Below are positions 15,605-23,583 of a stretch of 42,394 bases of DNA, piece after piece. The DNA lies in NCBI GenBank assembly GCA_031365045.1, contig JANLXK010000283.1, positions 1 through 42,394 on the forward strand. Direction: 5' to 3'. The number at the start of each line of letters is the position of its first letter. Position 1 is the first letter of the stretch. This DNA is from Gemmatimonadota bacterium. Lineage in GTDB: Bacteria; Gemmatimonadota; Gemmatimonadetes; Gemmatimonadales; GWC2-71-9. Below the pieces are notes generated by a model. It was not told where the DNA came from, ran no database searches, and was given only the letters and a program-made list of their open reading frames with translations. The position numbers were made by a program, and so were the translations under genes.

Positions 15605-16672
15605 TCAACCAGGAATGTGGTCGATGTCGATCTCGATCGTCCAGGCATGCCCGTCCCGTGCCATCCGGCCGATGGCGGCGGGGAGCGCCATCCGGACCTT
15701 GCCGCCGCGGTTCTTCTTGTCGGGTCGCATCGCGTCCAACAGCTCGTGCGTCGTGCGTCGCGCGTCGAGCGTCGTCGGAAGCCCAAGCTCAGTGAGGGCC
15801 AGCGCCACGCGATCGGCCAGGCCGGCATCCGCGAGGCCGAGGCGCTCGGCGATCCGGCACTCGGCGACCAGTCCGATGGCCACCCCCTCGCCGTGGGGGA
15901 GCGTGTAGCCGCTCAGCCGTTCCAGCGCGTGTCCGACGGTGTGGCCGGCGTTGAGGATCGCGCGCTCACCCTGCTCATGTTCATCGCGCGAGACCACCCC
16001 CGCCTTGATCTCGACCGAGCGCCGCACCAACTCGGCCACGGCCACCGCGTCACGCGTGCGGAGTGCGCCGGCCTGGGCGACGATCCGTTCAAAATACGCG
16101 GCGTCGGCCACGAGCCCGTGCTTCAGCGCCTCGGCGAACCCTTCGCGGTAGACCGGATCCGGAAGGGTCGCCAGGAGCCCGGGGTCGCAGAGGACCAGGG
16201 CCGGCGGGTGGAACGCGCCCACGAGATTCTTTCCGAGATCGGTGTCGATCCCGACCTTGCCCCCTACCGAGGCATCGACCATCGCCAACAACGTTGTCGG
16301 CACCTGGACGAACGGGATCCCGCGGAGGTAGGTGGCAGCGACAAATCCGGCGAGATCGCCGACCGAGCCCCCTCCGATGGCAACGACCGCTGAGTCGCGC
16401 CCAACGCCGAGCGCAAGGAGCCGGTCCGTGACACGCGCCCACTCCTCCCGGTTCTTGGCGGCCTCCCCGACAGGCACCTCGATCACCGTCGCGTCGAGTG
16501 CCGGCCAGAGTCCAGCCTCAGTGAGCCGCGCGCGGATGGTCGCGTCGGTGATGACCACGAGCCGCCGCCCCGGCAGCAACGACGTGATCCGCGCTGCGGC
16601 CTCGGCGGCGATGCCGGGGGCGACGTGGACGCTGTAACTGCCGGTGGCGTGGGTGACGTGGATGGGAGGCAC
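15605..16672 (-). CDS. aroB: 3-dehydroquinate synthase
   Basis: GGGSVGDLAGFVAATYLRGIPFVQVPTTLLAMVDASVGGKVGID and HTVGHALE metal-binding motifs. Confidence 0.92.
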   Translation of the reverse strand: MPPIHVTHATGSYSVHVAPGIAAEAAARITSLLPGRRLVVITDATIRARLTEAGLWPALDATVIEVPVGEAAKNREEWARVTDRLLALGVGRDSAVVAIGGGSVGDLAGFVAATYLRGIPFVQVPTTLLAMVDASVGGKVGIDTDLGKNLVGAFHPPALVLCDPGLLATLPDPVYREGFAEALKHGLVADAAYFERIVAQAGALRTRDAVAVAELVRRSVEIKAGVVSRDEHEQGERAILNAGHTVGHALERLSGYTLPHGEGVAIGLVAECRIAERLGLADAGLADRVALALTELGLPTTLDARRTTHELLDAMRPDKKNRGGKVRMALPAAIGRMARDGHAWTIEIDIDHIPG

Positions 16673-16758
16673 GACGGAAAGGTAAGGGGGGATGTGCCGA
16701 GGGGCGCGCGCCCTCGCGCGCCCTTGGGCCGAACGCTTCTACCGCATTACGGGCGGCC

Positions 16759-16772
16759 GGGGCGGCCGCCCC
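16759..16772 (-). terminator. perfect 14-nt palindrome GGGGCGGCCGCCCC after the adenosyltransferase gene
   Basis: 6 nt beyond the stop (16779-16781). Short stem and no U-tract, so this is tentative. Confidence 0.3.
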
Positions 16773-16778
16773 TCGGCA

Positions 16779-17324
16779 TCACCACGTCACATCGCCGGCC
16801 CCATCCCGATGATTGGCCTGCCGCGCGAGCGTGAAGAGCAGATCGGAGAGCCGGTTGAGATAGACCAGGAAGAGCTCGGGCACCTCATGCTTGTGCGACA
16901 GCGCGATGACGCTCCGTTCGGCGCGGCGGCACACGGTGCGGGCGAGGTGGAGCGCGGCCGCCTTGGGGGTGCCGGCGGGGAGGACGAAGGCCTTGAGGGG
17001 AGGGAGCTCCTCGTCGGCCGCGTCCATCAACTTCTCGAACAGGGTGACGCGCTTCCTGGACAGGTCGGCCTTCTCCAGCGCCTTCTTCACCTTCTCCGGA
17101 TGCGGGGTGGCGAGGTGGCCACCGAGGGAGAAGAGGTCGCGCTGGATCGACTCGAGGAGGTCGTCAGAGAAGTGCACCGGCTGGGTGGCGCGCGCGACGC
17201 CGATGGCGCTGTTCAGCTCATCGATGTCGCCGTACGCCTGCACGCGCACGTGGTCCTTGGGGACCCGTCCGCCGCCGAAGAGGCCGGTCTCGCCGGCGTC
17301 GCCGGTCTTGGTGTAGATCTTCAT
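16779..17324 (-). CDS. ATP:cob(I)alamin adenosyltransferase, PduO type
   Basis: MKIYTKTGDAGETGLFGG N-terminus at ATG 17324. The conserved AR motif falls within LHLARTVCRRAER. Confidence 0.88.
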   Translation of the reverse strand: MKIYTKTGDAGETGLFGGGRVPKDHVRVQAYGDIDELNSAIGVARATQPVHFSDDLLESIQRDLFSLGGHLATPHPEKVKKALEKADLSRKRVTLFEKLMDAADEELPPLKAFVLPAGTPKAAALHLARTVCRRAERSVIALSHKHEVPELFLVYLNRLSDLLFTLARQANHRDGAGDVTW

Positions 17325-17333
17325 GGTGGAAAT

Positions 17334-17420
17334 GTAAGGAGTAAGGAGTGAGGTGTGAGGAGGTTGCCAGTCGGGACGAGTCCGTTCCTGACTCCTCACT
17401 CCTCACTCCTCACTTCTCAC
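17334..17420. repeat. tandem-repeat-armed palindrome F: GTAAGGA/GTGAGGA x4 (17334-17361) / TCCTCAC x4 (17393-17420)
   Basis: Same heptamer family as element B. It lies between two co-directional minus-strand genes. The stop of the upstream gene (17417-17419) is in the last unit. Confidence 0.85.
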
Positions 17421-17851
17421 GCTCGCAGGTGATCCGCCCGCCACTGGGTGACCAGGTGCTTGATCGCCTTCTTGCTGGTGATCCCTTCGTTGAGCACGCG
17501 GGCCGCGAGCGCCGGGAGTTCCTCATCCGAGGCGAAGCGGAGCCCCACGAGCTGCTGGCGGGTGAACTCGCCGAGCCGGGGACGCAGATCGGGCGGGAGG
17601 AGGCGGCCGAGTCGCATCCGCTCTTCGAGGCGGATGACGCGGTCCTGCACCGCCAGCGGAAAGATGCGGAGATACCAGGCCATCATTACGAAGGCGACCG
17701 CCATCACGATGCCCCAGAGATTCACGAGCGTCGGCGTGCGGATGGCCCAGACGACCCGGAGGATGAAGTTCACCAGCAGGGCCCCCGCGAGGAAATAGTG
17801 ATAGCCGGGGATGATCCGCGTGTGGTGGTCTGCGCTCTGTGGTTCGGTCAT
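17417..17851 (-). CDS. small membrane protein (DUF6526-like impression)
   Basis: 144 aa. HHTRIIPGYHYF followed by two or three TM helices and a soluble C-terminal tail. Its stop lies inside repeat element F. Confidence 0.55.
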   Translation of the reverse strand: MTEPQSADHHTRIIPGYHYFLAGALLVNFILRVVWAIRTPTLVNLWGIVMAVAFVMMAWYLRIFPLAVQDRVIRLEERMRLGRLLPPDLRPRLGEFTRQQLVGLRFASDEELPALAARVLNEGITSKKAIKHLVTQWRADHLRA

Positions 17852-17882
17852 CGCTGCTCCTTGGGGTCGGTCGTGAGGGCCG

Positions 17883-18299
17883 TCAACGCCATGCCGTGAG
17901 GATCGCGCCCATCGCCATCAGGTACACCAGCTGGTAGCCGGCATCGATGACGAAGGTCATGAGTTTCTTCTCGGAGAACATGTTCGCCGTGAGCCCGATG
18001 GTCGCCGCGAAGCCGAGCCAAATCAGGGCGCCAAGCTTGAGGCCTCCCTGCCAGCGGATGATCCCCGTGAGATGGATCAAGATAGACAGGACGGCGGCGA
18101 TCACGAGATAGGCCACGAAGGAGACGCCGTAGGCGCGTCCCATCGACGTCTTCATCTTGTCGATATCTGCCGGTTGGTATCCGTGCGCCTGCACCCAGAG
18201 CTTTCCGAAGAGGATCGGGTTGTACCAGAGGGCGCCGATCGCGAAGGTCGCGAGGGCCGAGACGAGGATCGCGAGGTAGTTGAACTCCACACCGTACAT
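17883..18299 (-). CDS. DUF1761 family membrane protein
   Basis: N-terminus NYLAILVSALATFAIGALWYNPILFGKLW is typical of DUF1761. Four TM helices. Confidence 0.7.
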   Translation of the reverse strand: MYGVEFNYLAILVSALATFAIGALWYNPILFGKLWVQAHGYQPADIDKMKTSMGRAYGVSFVAYLVIAAVLSILIHLTGIIRWQGGLKLGALIWLGFAATIGLTANMFSEKKLMTFVIDAGYQLVYLMAMGAILTAWR

Positions 18300-18319
18300 G
18301 AGACCTCCGAGGGTGGTCG

Positions 18320-19501
18320 TTACCGGTCGCGCGCGCGCCCGCGGCCGCGATCGTCCAGGTCATCGCTGCACGCACCGCCCACCTCCGCCGCCGCGACCAC
18401 GTCGTTGGTCCGGCCCTCGATCGCGCCCCAGTAGATGCTCCCCTGGTCCACGTCCACCTGCTCCAGGAAGAGATAGTCGCGGTCGAGCCCGAATCCACCC
18501 ACCGCGTCAAGGTGCTGCCAGTAAAGGGGAAGCATGTTCGCGGCGTTGAAGGGACGGAGCCCGCCCCGCCCGAACGCCACGACCGTGGGGGCCAGCACGC
18601 TCTGGCGCCAGGCGCCGGCCGAATCCCACATCATCACGGTGCTGGCGAGGAGATCGTCCCCGTGCGGGGTCGAGCGGGTCGCGCGGACGGCCACAGCATA
18701 GCGCAGCCTGCCGTTGCCGGCCCAAAGGGTCACGACCTCCGCCGCGTCGACCTCCTCCAGCGGATCGATCACCAGGTGCTGGCGCGCCGGTCGGGCGAGC
18801 GGGGTCATTCCGCGCGGAAGCCGAAGGGCCAGCAGCGAGTCCATGTCCCGCTCGGTCCGCGCGATAAGCTCCGCATTGAGGGCCGGCGAAGGGCGGGGAG
18901 GTTCGTCGCGCCAGGCCCGCGCGTCGTTCGACACACCGGGGCGGAACGAGCCCACCACCGGCCCACGGAGTGACGGCGCCCGCGAGCCCCGCACCGGTCC
19001 CGACACCACGATCTCGGCCCGGGCCCCGCGCCACCCGCAAGAGCTCCCGCGAAGCCGGACCGACTCGAGCGCCACGAAGCTGTTCCCGTACGGCGACGCG
19101 ACCCTCGCGTCCCCCACTTCGGCCGTGTGTCCGTAGCCGCGGACCCGTTCGATCGGGATGTTCACCGCCCCCATCCGGGCGAGCCCGCTCCAGAGATCCC
19201 GGCCGTCACGACCAAGGTCGGGCCGGTATTCCCGGGCCAGCTGGGCGATGAAGCCGGTATCACTGCTGAGGAGCATCACCCGCTCGTCGGTGCCGGTCCC
19301 CGCGAAGGTGCCGACCAGCACGCCGCTGGTGTCGATCCGCGCGTCGCTGGTCAAATCGATCGACCGGAGGGGATAGGGCGGGCGCTCGGTGGTGAGGTAG
19401 TCCCACGCCGAGCCGATGGCGGCGCACCCGCCGATGAGGGCGAGGGCGGCGAAGGGGAGGAGCAGAGGGGCGGATCGGCGGGCTGGGAGGGGACGGAGCA
19501 T
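18320..19501 (-). CDS. hypothetical exported protein / lipoprotein
   Basis: ATG 19501 gives MLRPLPARRSAPLLLPFAALALIGGC (lipobox). 393 aa, no recognisable domain. Confidence 0.55.
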   Translation of the reverse strand: MLRPLPARRSAPLLLPFAALALIGGCAAIGSAWDYLTTERPPYPLRSIDLTSDARIDTSGVLVGTFAGTGTDERVMLLSSDTGFIAQLAREYRPDLGRDGRDLWSGLARMGAVNIPIERVRGYGHTAEVGDARVASPYGNSFVALESVRLRGSSCGWRGARAEIVVSGPVRGSRAPSLRGPVVGSFRPGVSNDARAWRDEPPRPSPALNAELIARTERDMDSLLALRLPRGMTPLARPARQHLVIDPLEEVDAAEVVTLWAGNGRLRYAVAVRATRSTPHGDDLLASTVMMWDSAGAWRQSVLAPTVVAFGRGGLRPFNAANMLPLYWQHLDAVGGFGLDRDYLFLEQVDVDQGSIYWGAIEGRTNDVVAAAEVGGACSDDLDDRGRGRARDR

Positions 19502-19563
19502 GCCGAGAATGTGTGGCCACACCGGCGAAGCGGCTAGAGGGCGCCTATATTCCGAGCCGAGAT

Positions 19564-20580
19564 ATGACCAACACCACCACTGATATCACTGTGATCGGCG
19601 GAGGGCCTACCGGGCTCTTCGCCGCCTTCTACGCCGGGATGCGCGGCGCCTCCTGCCGCATCATCGATGCCCTCCCGACCCTCGGGGGGCAGCTGATGGC
19701 ACTCTACCCCGAGAAGTACATCTACGACGTCGCCGGCTTCCCCCGGGTCCTCGCCAAGGACCTCGTGGACGGGCTGAACCAGCAGGCGCTGCAGTTCGGC
19801 GCCGAAGTGCGGCTGGGCGAGACCGTCACCGGGCTCAAGCGGGAGACCGTCGACGGCGCCGAGGTCTTTCTCCTCGAGACCGACGGGGGGATCTACCCGA
19901 CCCGCACGATCGTCATCGCGGCCGGGATCGGCGCCTTCGAGCCGCGGAGGCTCCCGCTCGAGGAAGCCGTGGCGTGGGAGGGAAAGGGGGTCCACTACAA
20001 CGTGGTCGACCCCAAGCTCTTCGCAGGCAAGCGGGTGCTTCTCGTCGGCGGCGGCGACTCGGCGTTCGACTGGGCGCTGGGACTCCAGGGCGTGGCGACC
20101 CACGTGACCCTGATCCATCGGCGCGACGGGTTCCGCGCCCACCAGGCGACGATCGACCAGGTGATGCGGCTGCAGGAGCAGGGGAAGTGCACCGTGCGGA
20201 CCTTTGCCGAGGTGAAGGGGATCGCGGGGGAGGGGCGGGTCGAGCGCGCCCTGTTGGAGGACACCAAGACGAAGGAGCAGTGGACCGTCGAGATCGACGC
20301 GATCATCCCGCTCCTCGGCTTCGTCTCCGACCTCGGCGCGATCAACGCCTGGGGGCTGGCGCAGGAGAAGGAGGACATCGTGGTGGACCGGGTGATGGAG
20401 ACCAACGTCCCCGGCATCTATGCGGCGGGGGACGTCTGCACCTACGCCGGCAAGCTCAAGCTCATCGCGACCGGGGTGGGAGAGGCGGCCATCGCCGTCA
20501 ACAACGCGGTGCACCGGATCGACCCCAAGCGGAGGGTCAACCCGGGGCACTCATCGGATCTCAAGATCTTCGAGAAATAG
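19564..20580 (+). CDS. ferredoxin-NADP+ reductase, thioredoxin-reductase-like (type 2, YumC-like)
   Basis: VIGGGPTGLFAAFYAGMRG...GGQLMALYPEKYIYDVAGFP, a second GGGDSAFDWA dinucleotide motif, and AAGDV near the C-terminus. Confidence 0.88.
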   Translation: MTNTTTDITVIGGGPTGLFAAFYAGMRGASCRIIDALPTLGGQLMALYPEKYIYDVAGFPRVLAKDLVDGLNQQALQFGAEVRLGETVTGLKRETVDGAEVFLLETDGGIYPTRTIVIAAGIGAFEPRRLPLEEAVAWEGKGVHYNVVDPKLFAGKRVLLVGGGDSAFDWALGLQGVATHVTLIHRRDGFRAHQATIDQVMRLQEQGKCTVRTFAEVKGIAGEGRVERALLEDTKTKEQWTVEIDAIIPLLGFVSDLGAINAWGLAQEKEDIVVDRVMETNVPGIYAAGDVCTYAGKLKLIATGVGEAAIAVNNAVHRIDPKRRVNPGHSSDLKIFEK

Positions 20581-20588
20581 GGGACGGA

Positions 20589-21026
20589 ATGGCGCGTGCG
20601 ATCGAGATCCTCGTGGTCGAGGACGAAGTGGCGGTGCAGCGGCTGGTGGATGTGGTCTTCCGCGTCGCGTCGGACGATTTCCTGGTGCAGCGGGTCGGGT
20701 CGCTGGCGGCGGCGAGCAAGGCGGTGATGACGCTGACCCCCGACCTGATCCTGCTCGACCTCGACCTCCCCGACGCCACGGGGCTCGAGGCGGTGAAGGC
20801 GCTGCTGCACCTCGCGCCCCGGTCGGCCATCGTGATCCTTACCGCCAGCACCGACGACGCGATGGCCCATGAGGCCATCCGGCTGGGCGCGCAGGACTGG
20901 CTCCAGAAGAACGCCGACCTGCAGCGGCTCCTGCCGCGCGCCGTCACCTTCGCGGTGGAGCGTCAGCGGCGGCGGGTGGGGCTGCTGGCCGAGATCGCCA
21001 GGTTGCAGGAGAGCCCTGAAGGGTAG
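20589..21026 (+). CDS. stand-alone response regulator receiver protein (CheY-like)
   Basis: ILVVEDE...LILLDLDLPDATG...VILTAS...K pattern of a receiver domain. No output domain. Starts 8 nt after the reductase gene. Confidence 0.8.
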   Translation: MARAIEILVVEDEVAVQRLVDVVFRVASDDFLVQRVGSLAAASKAVMTLTPDLILLDLDLPDATGLEAVKALLHLAPRSAIVILTASTDDAMAHEAIRLGAQDWLQKNADLQRLLPRAVTFAVERQRRRVGLLAEIARLQESPEG

Positions 21027-21132
21027 GAAGGTAGGAAGGGAAGAAGGTAGGAAGCGATGCGGGGCCCGACCACCACATTGGTGCTCTGGCCCCGCTTCAC
21101 TTCCTACCCTCCTACCTTCGTCCCTTCCTACC
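21022..21132. repeat. tandem-repeat-armed palindrome G: GGTAGGAA-type x4 (21022-21053) / TTCCTACC-type x4 (21101-21132), inner stem GCGGGGCC/GGCCCCGC
   Basis: Same octamer family as element C. It lies between convergent genes. The response-regulator stop TAG (21024-21026) is in the first unit. Confidence 0.85.
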
Positions 21133-21140
21133 CAGGTCGC

Positions 21141-22697
21141 CTACTTCCCGATCTCCACCACCAGGCTGTCCAGCTGGTTCAGCATGTCCCGGCCGCGCTG
21201 GGTGTGGTGGTTGGCCTGGATCGAGAAGGTCCACCGGCGGCCGTCGGGGCGGTCGATGTAGCCGGTGATAGTGTTCACCCGCGAGATGCTGCCGGTCTTG
21301 GCGTGCACCCGTCCCTCGAGCGCGGTCCCGCGGAACCGGTTGCGGAGCGAGCCCACCTGCTGGGCCTGCGGGAGCCCCGCCGTGAACGTCGCCGCGCGGG
21401 GGTGCTGGGTGATGAAGCGGATCACCTGCGCAAAGGCGAGCGGGCTGATGAGGTTGTTCGCCGCCAGGCCGGAACCGTCGGTCATCGCGATCTGGGTCGA
21501 GTCCACGTGGACGGAGTCGATCAGGAAACGACGCTCGACCTCGATCCCCTTGTTCCAGCTCCCTTCTCCCGCGAACACCCGGCCGAGCTGCTTCAGCAGC
21601 ATCTCCGCGTACCAGTTCTGGCTGGTGTTGAGGATGGGGAAGACCCAATCCTTGAGCGGCCGGCTCTCCACCTCGGCCAGCGCCGGGGCGGTGGAGCGCG
21701 CCAGGTGATAGACGGTCGAGTCTACTGTGGAGCGAGTGGTGCCGAGCACCGCGATGCCGTAGTCGGCCAGGACCTTGCGGAGCGCCCGCGCGGTGAAGAG
21801 GTCGGGGTCGGGCATCGCGAAGTACTCGGTGCCGCCGTGACTGGACGCGCCGACGGTGCCCTCGGCCCAGAGGGCCAAGCCCCCGGGAGTGCGGAAGAAA
21901 TCGATGTTGTCGCTGCTGTCGGCCGGGAGGGTGCGCGTGCGGTTCTCCAGCGACACGTCGCCAAGGTCGGGGGTGAAGGCGATCGCCGCGGGGGCGTTCA
22001 CCATCGGTCCCGGGCCCCAGGCGATGTCGATGCTGTTGTCGTTGAAGCCGAGCCCTGAGACCGGCGCCGCGTACCACCAGTTGAGGTCGTACCCCTCCCA
22101 GCCGTAGTGCACCATCGTCGGCTCGAAGTAGCTCCCATCCCCCACCAGGTCGCCTCGCACCACCAACACGCCGCGGGCGCGGAGCTGTTCGGCGAGGAGC
22201 TTGAGCTTCTCGAACGGGTCGCGGTCGCAGACGCCGGGCGCCAGGGTGTCGGTCGCATAACAGCGGACGCCGTACGTCGGATCGCCCCGACCGTAGAGGA
22301 CCAGATCTCCTTCGAGGACCCCGTTCGTGATGGGGCCGGTGCCGTAGACCGAGGTCTTCACCGTGAAGTCGGGCGGCAGCAGGGCCGAGGCGACCGCGCT
22401 CACGATGAGCTTGGTGTTGCTCGCCGGGATGAAGAGCCGGTCGGCGTTCCGGGCGTAGAGCGTGCGGCCCCGCTCGTCGATGACCACCACGCCCCAGAGG
22501 TTCCGGTTGAAGGGTGCCGCGTCGAGCCGGCGGTCGAGGCGTCGCTGGAGCGACTGCGCGGACAGGCGCACGGACGCACAGACGCACAGCAGCAATCCCA
22601 AGAGCAGCGTGCGTCCCCACACCCGTGCGCCCGTGCGCCTGTGCGACCGTACTTCCGTGCGCCTATTCGAACGCCACACGGGGATCTGCCTTGGCAT
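21141..22697 (-). CDS. dacB: D-alanyl-D-alanine carboxypeptidase/endopeptidase, PBP4 (peptidase S13)
   Basis: Active-site PASNTKL (SxxK) and full-length PBP4 pattern. The signal peptide is LLLGLLLCVCASVRLSAQ. ATG 22697 overlaps the permease gene by 35 nt. GTG 22622 is an alternative, non-overlapping start. Confidence 0.85.
   Translation of the reverse strand: MPRQIPVWRSNRRTEVRSHRRTGARVWGRTLLLGLLLCVCASVRLSAQSLQRRLDRRLDAAPFNRNLWGVVVIDERGRTLYARNADRLFIPASNTKLIVSAVASALLPPDFTVKTSVYGTGPITNGVLEGDLVLYGRGDPTYGVRCYATDTLAPGVCDRDPFEKLKLLAEQLRARGVLVVRGDLVGDGSYFEPTMVHYGWEGYDLNWWYAAPVSGLGFNDNSIDIAWGPGPMVNAPAAIAFTPDLGDVSLENRTRTLPADSSDNIDFFRTPGGLALWAEGTVGASSHGGTEYFAMPDPDLFTARALRKVLADYGIAVLGTTRSTVDSTVYHLARSTAPALAEVESRPLKDWVFPILNTSQNWYAEMLLKQLGRVFAGEGSWNKGIEVERRFLIDSVHVDSTQIAMTDGSGLAANNLISPLAFAQVIRFITQHPRAATFTAGLPQAQQVGSLRNRFRGTALEGRVHAKTGSISRVNTITGYIDRPDGRRWTFSIQANHHTQRGRDMLNQLDSLVVEIGK
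22566..22662. repeat. tandem-octamer palindrome J: GCGCACGG/ACGCACAG x3 (22566-22589) / CCGTGCGC-type x5 (22623-22662)
   Basis: The right arm exactly fills the 40 nt between the permease stop (22663-22665) and GTG 22620-22622 of dacB. The left arm lies in the dacB signal-peptide codons. Confidence 0.8.
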
Positions 22698-23583
22698 ATG
22701 CGATATCCGTCAGGAGGTTCACCAGCACGAACACCACGCTCAGGAACAGGATGCTCCCCTGGATGGCGGGGAGGTCACGCTTGCCGATCGCGTCGAGCAC
22801 ATACCGTCCGACGCCGGGCCACGCGAAGATCGTCTCGGTGAGGATCGAGCCGGTCAGGTAGCTCCCGAAGTCGAGCCCCAGCACGGTGATGATCGGGATC
22901 AGCGCGTTCCGGAGCCCGTGGCGGAGCACTACCGGGGCCTCGCGCAGCCCCTTCGCCCGCGCGGTGCGGATGAAGTCGCTCTGCAGGACCTCCTGCAGGG
23001 CGGTGCGCGTCATCCGCGCCAGTACCGCCACCGAGCGCATCCCGAGGGTGAGCGCCGGCAGGATCAGGTAGCTCACCCCGCGCGAACCCGATGGCGGGAG
23101 CCAGCGGAGCTGCACCGCGAAGACCAGGATCAGCAGCAGGCCGACCCAGTATACCGGGAACGAGACGCCGAGGTAGCTGCCGATGGTGAGGAAACGGTCC
23201 CACCAGGTGCCGGGGCGCCAGGCACCGAGCACGCCGATCGCGATCCCGGTGATCGAGGCGAAGAGCATCGCGGCCAGCGCCAGTTCGAGCGTGGCGGGGA
23301 AGCGCTCGGCCAGGTCGCGGGCGATGGGGCGTCGGGTGACGTACGAGGTGCCGAGGTCGCCGGTGACGAGCCCGCCCACGTAGCCGACGAACCGGAGCGG
23401 GAGAGGCTCGTCGAGGTGGAGTTCCGCGCGGAGCCGCGCGACCGTGAGGCTGTCGGCCCGTTCGCCGACCATCGCCGCTACGGGGTCGCCGGGGGCGACG
23501 TGGAGCAGGAGGAACGCGACGACCAGCACCCCGAACAGGGTCGGGATGACGAGGAGGATGCGCCGGAGGAGGAAGCGCCCCAT
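22663..23583 (-). CDS. ABC transporter permease, peptide/nickel (DppB/OppB-like)
   Basis: MGRFLLRRILLVIPTLFGVLVVAFLLLHVAPGDP N-terminus. ATG 23583 overlaps the stop of the binding-protein gene as ATGA. Confidence 0.85.
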   Translation of the reverse strand: MGRFLLRRILLVIPTLFGVLVVAFLLLHVAPGDPVAAMVGERADSLTVARLRAELHLDEPLPLRFVGYVGGLVTGDLGTSYVTRRPIARDLAERFPATLELALAAMLFASITGIAIGVLGAWRPGTWWDRFLTIGSYLGVSFPVYWVGLLLILVFAVQLRWLPPSGSRGVSYLILPALTLGMRSVAVLARMTRTALQEVLQSDFIRTARAKGLREAPVVLRHGLRNALIPIITVLGLDFGSYLTGSILTETIFAWPGVGRYVLDAIGKRDLPAIQGSILFLSVVFVLVNLLTDIAYAKADPRVAFE

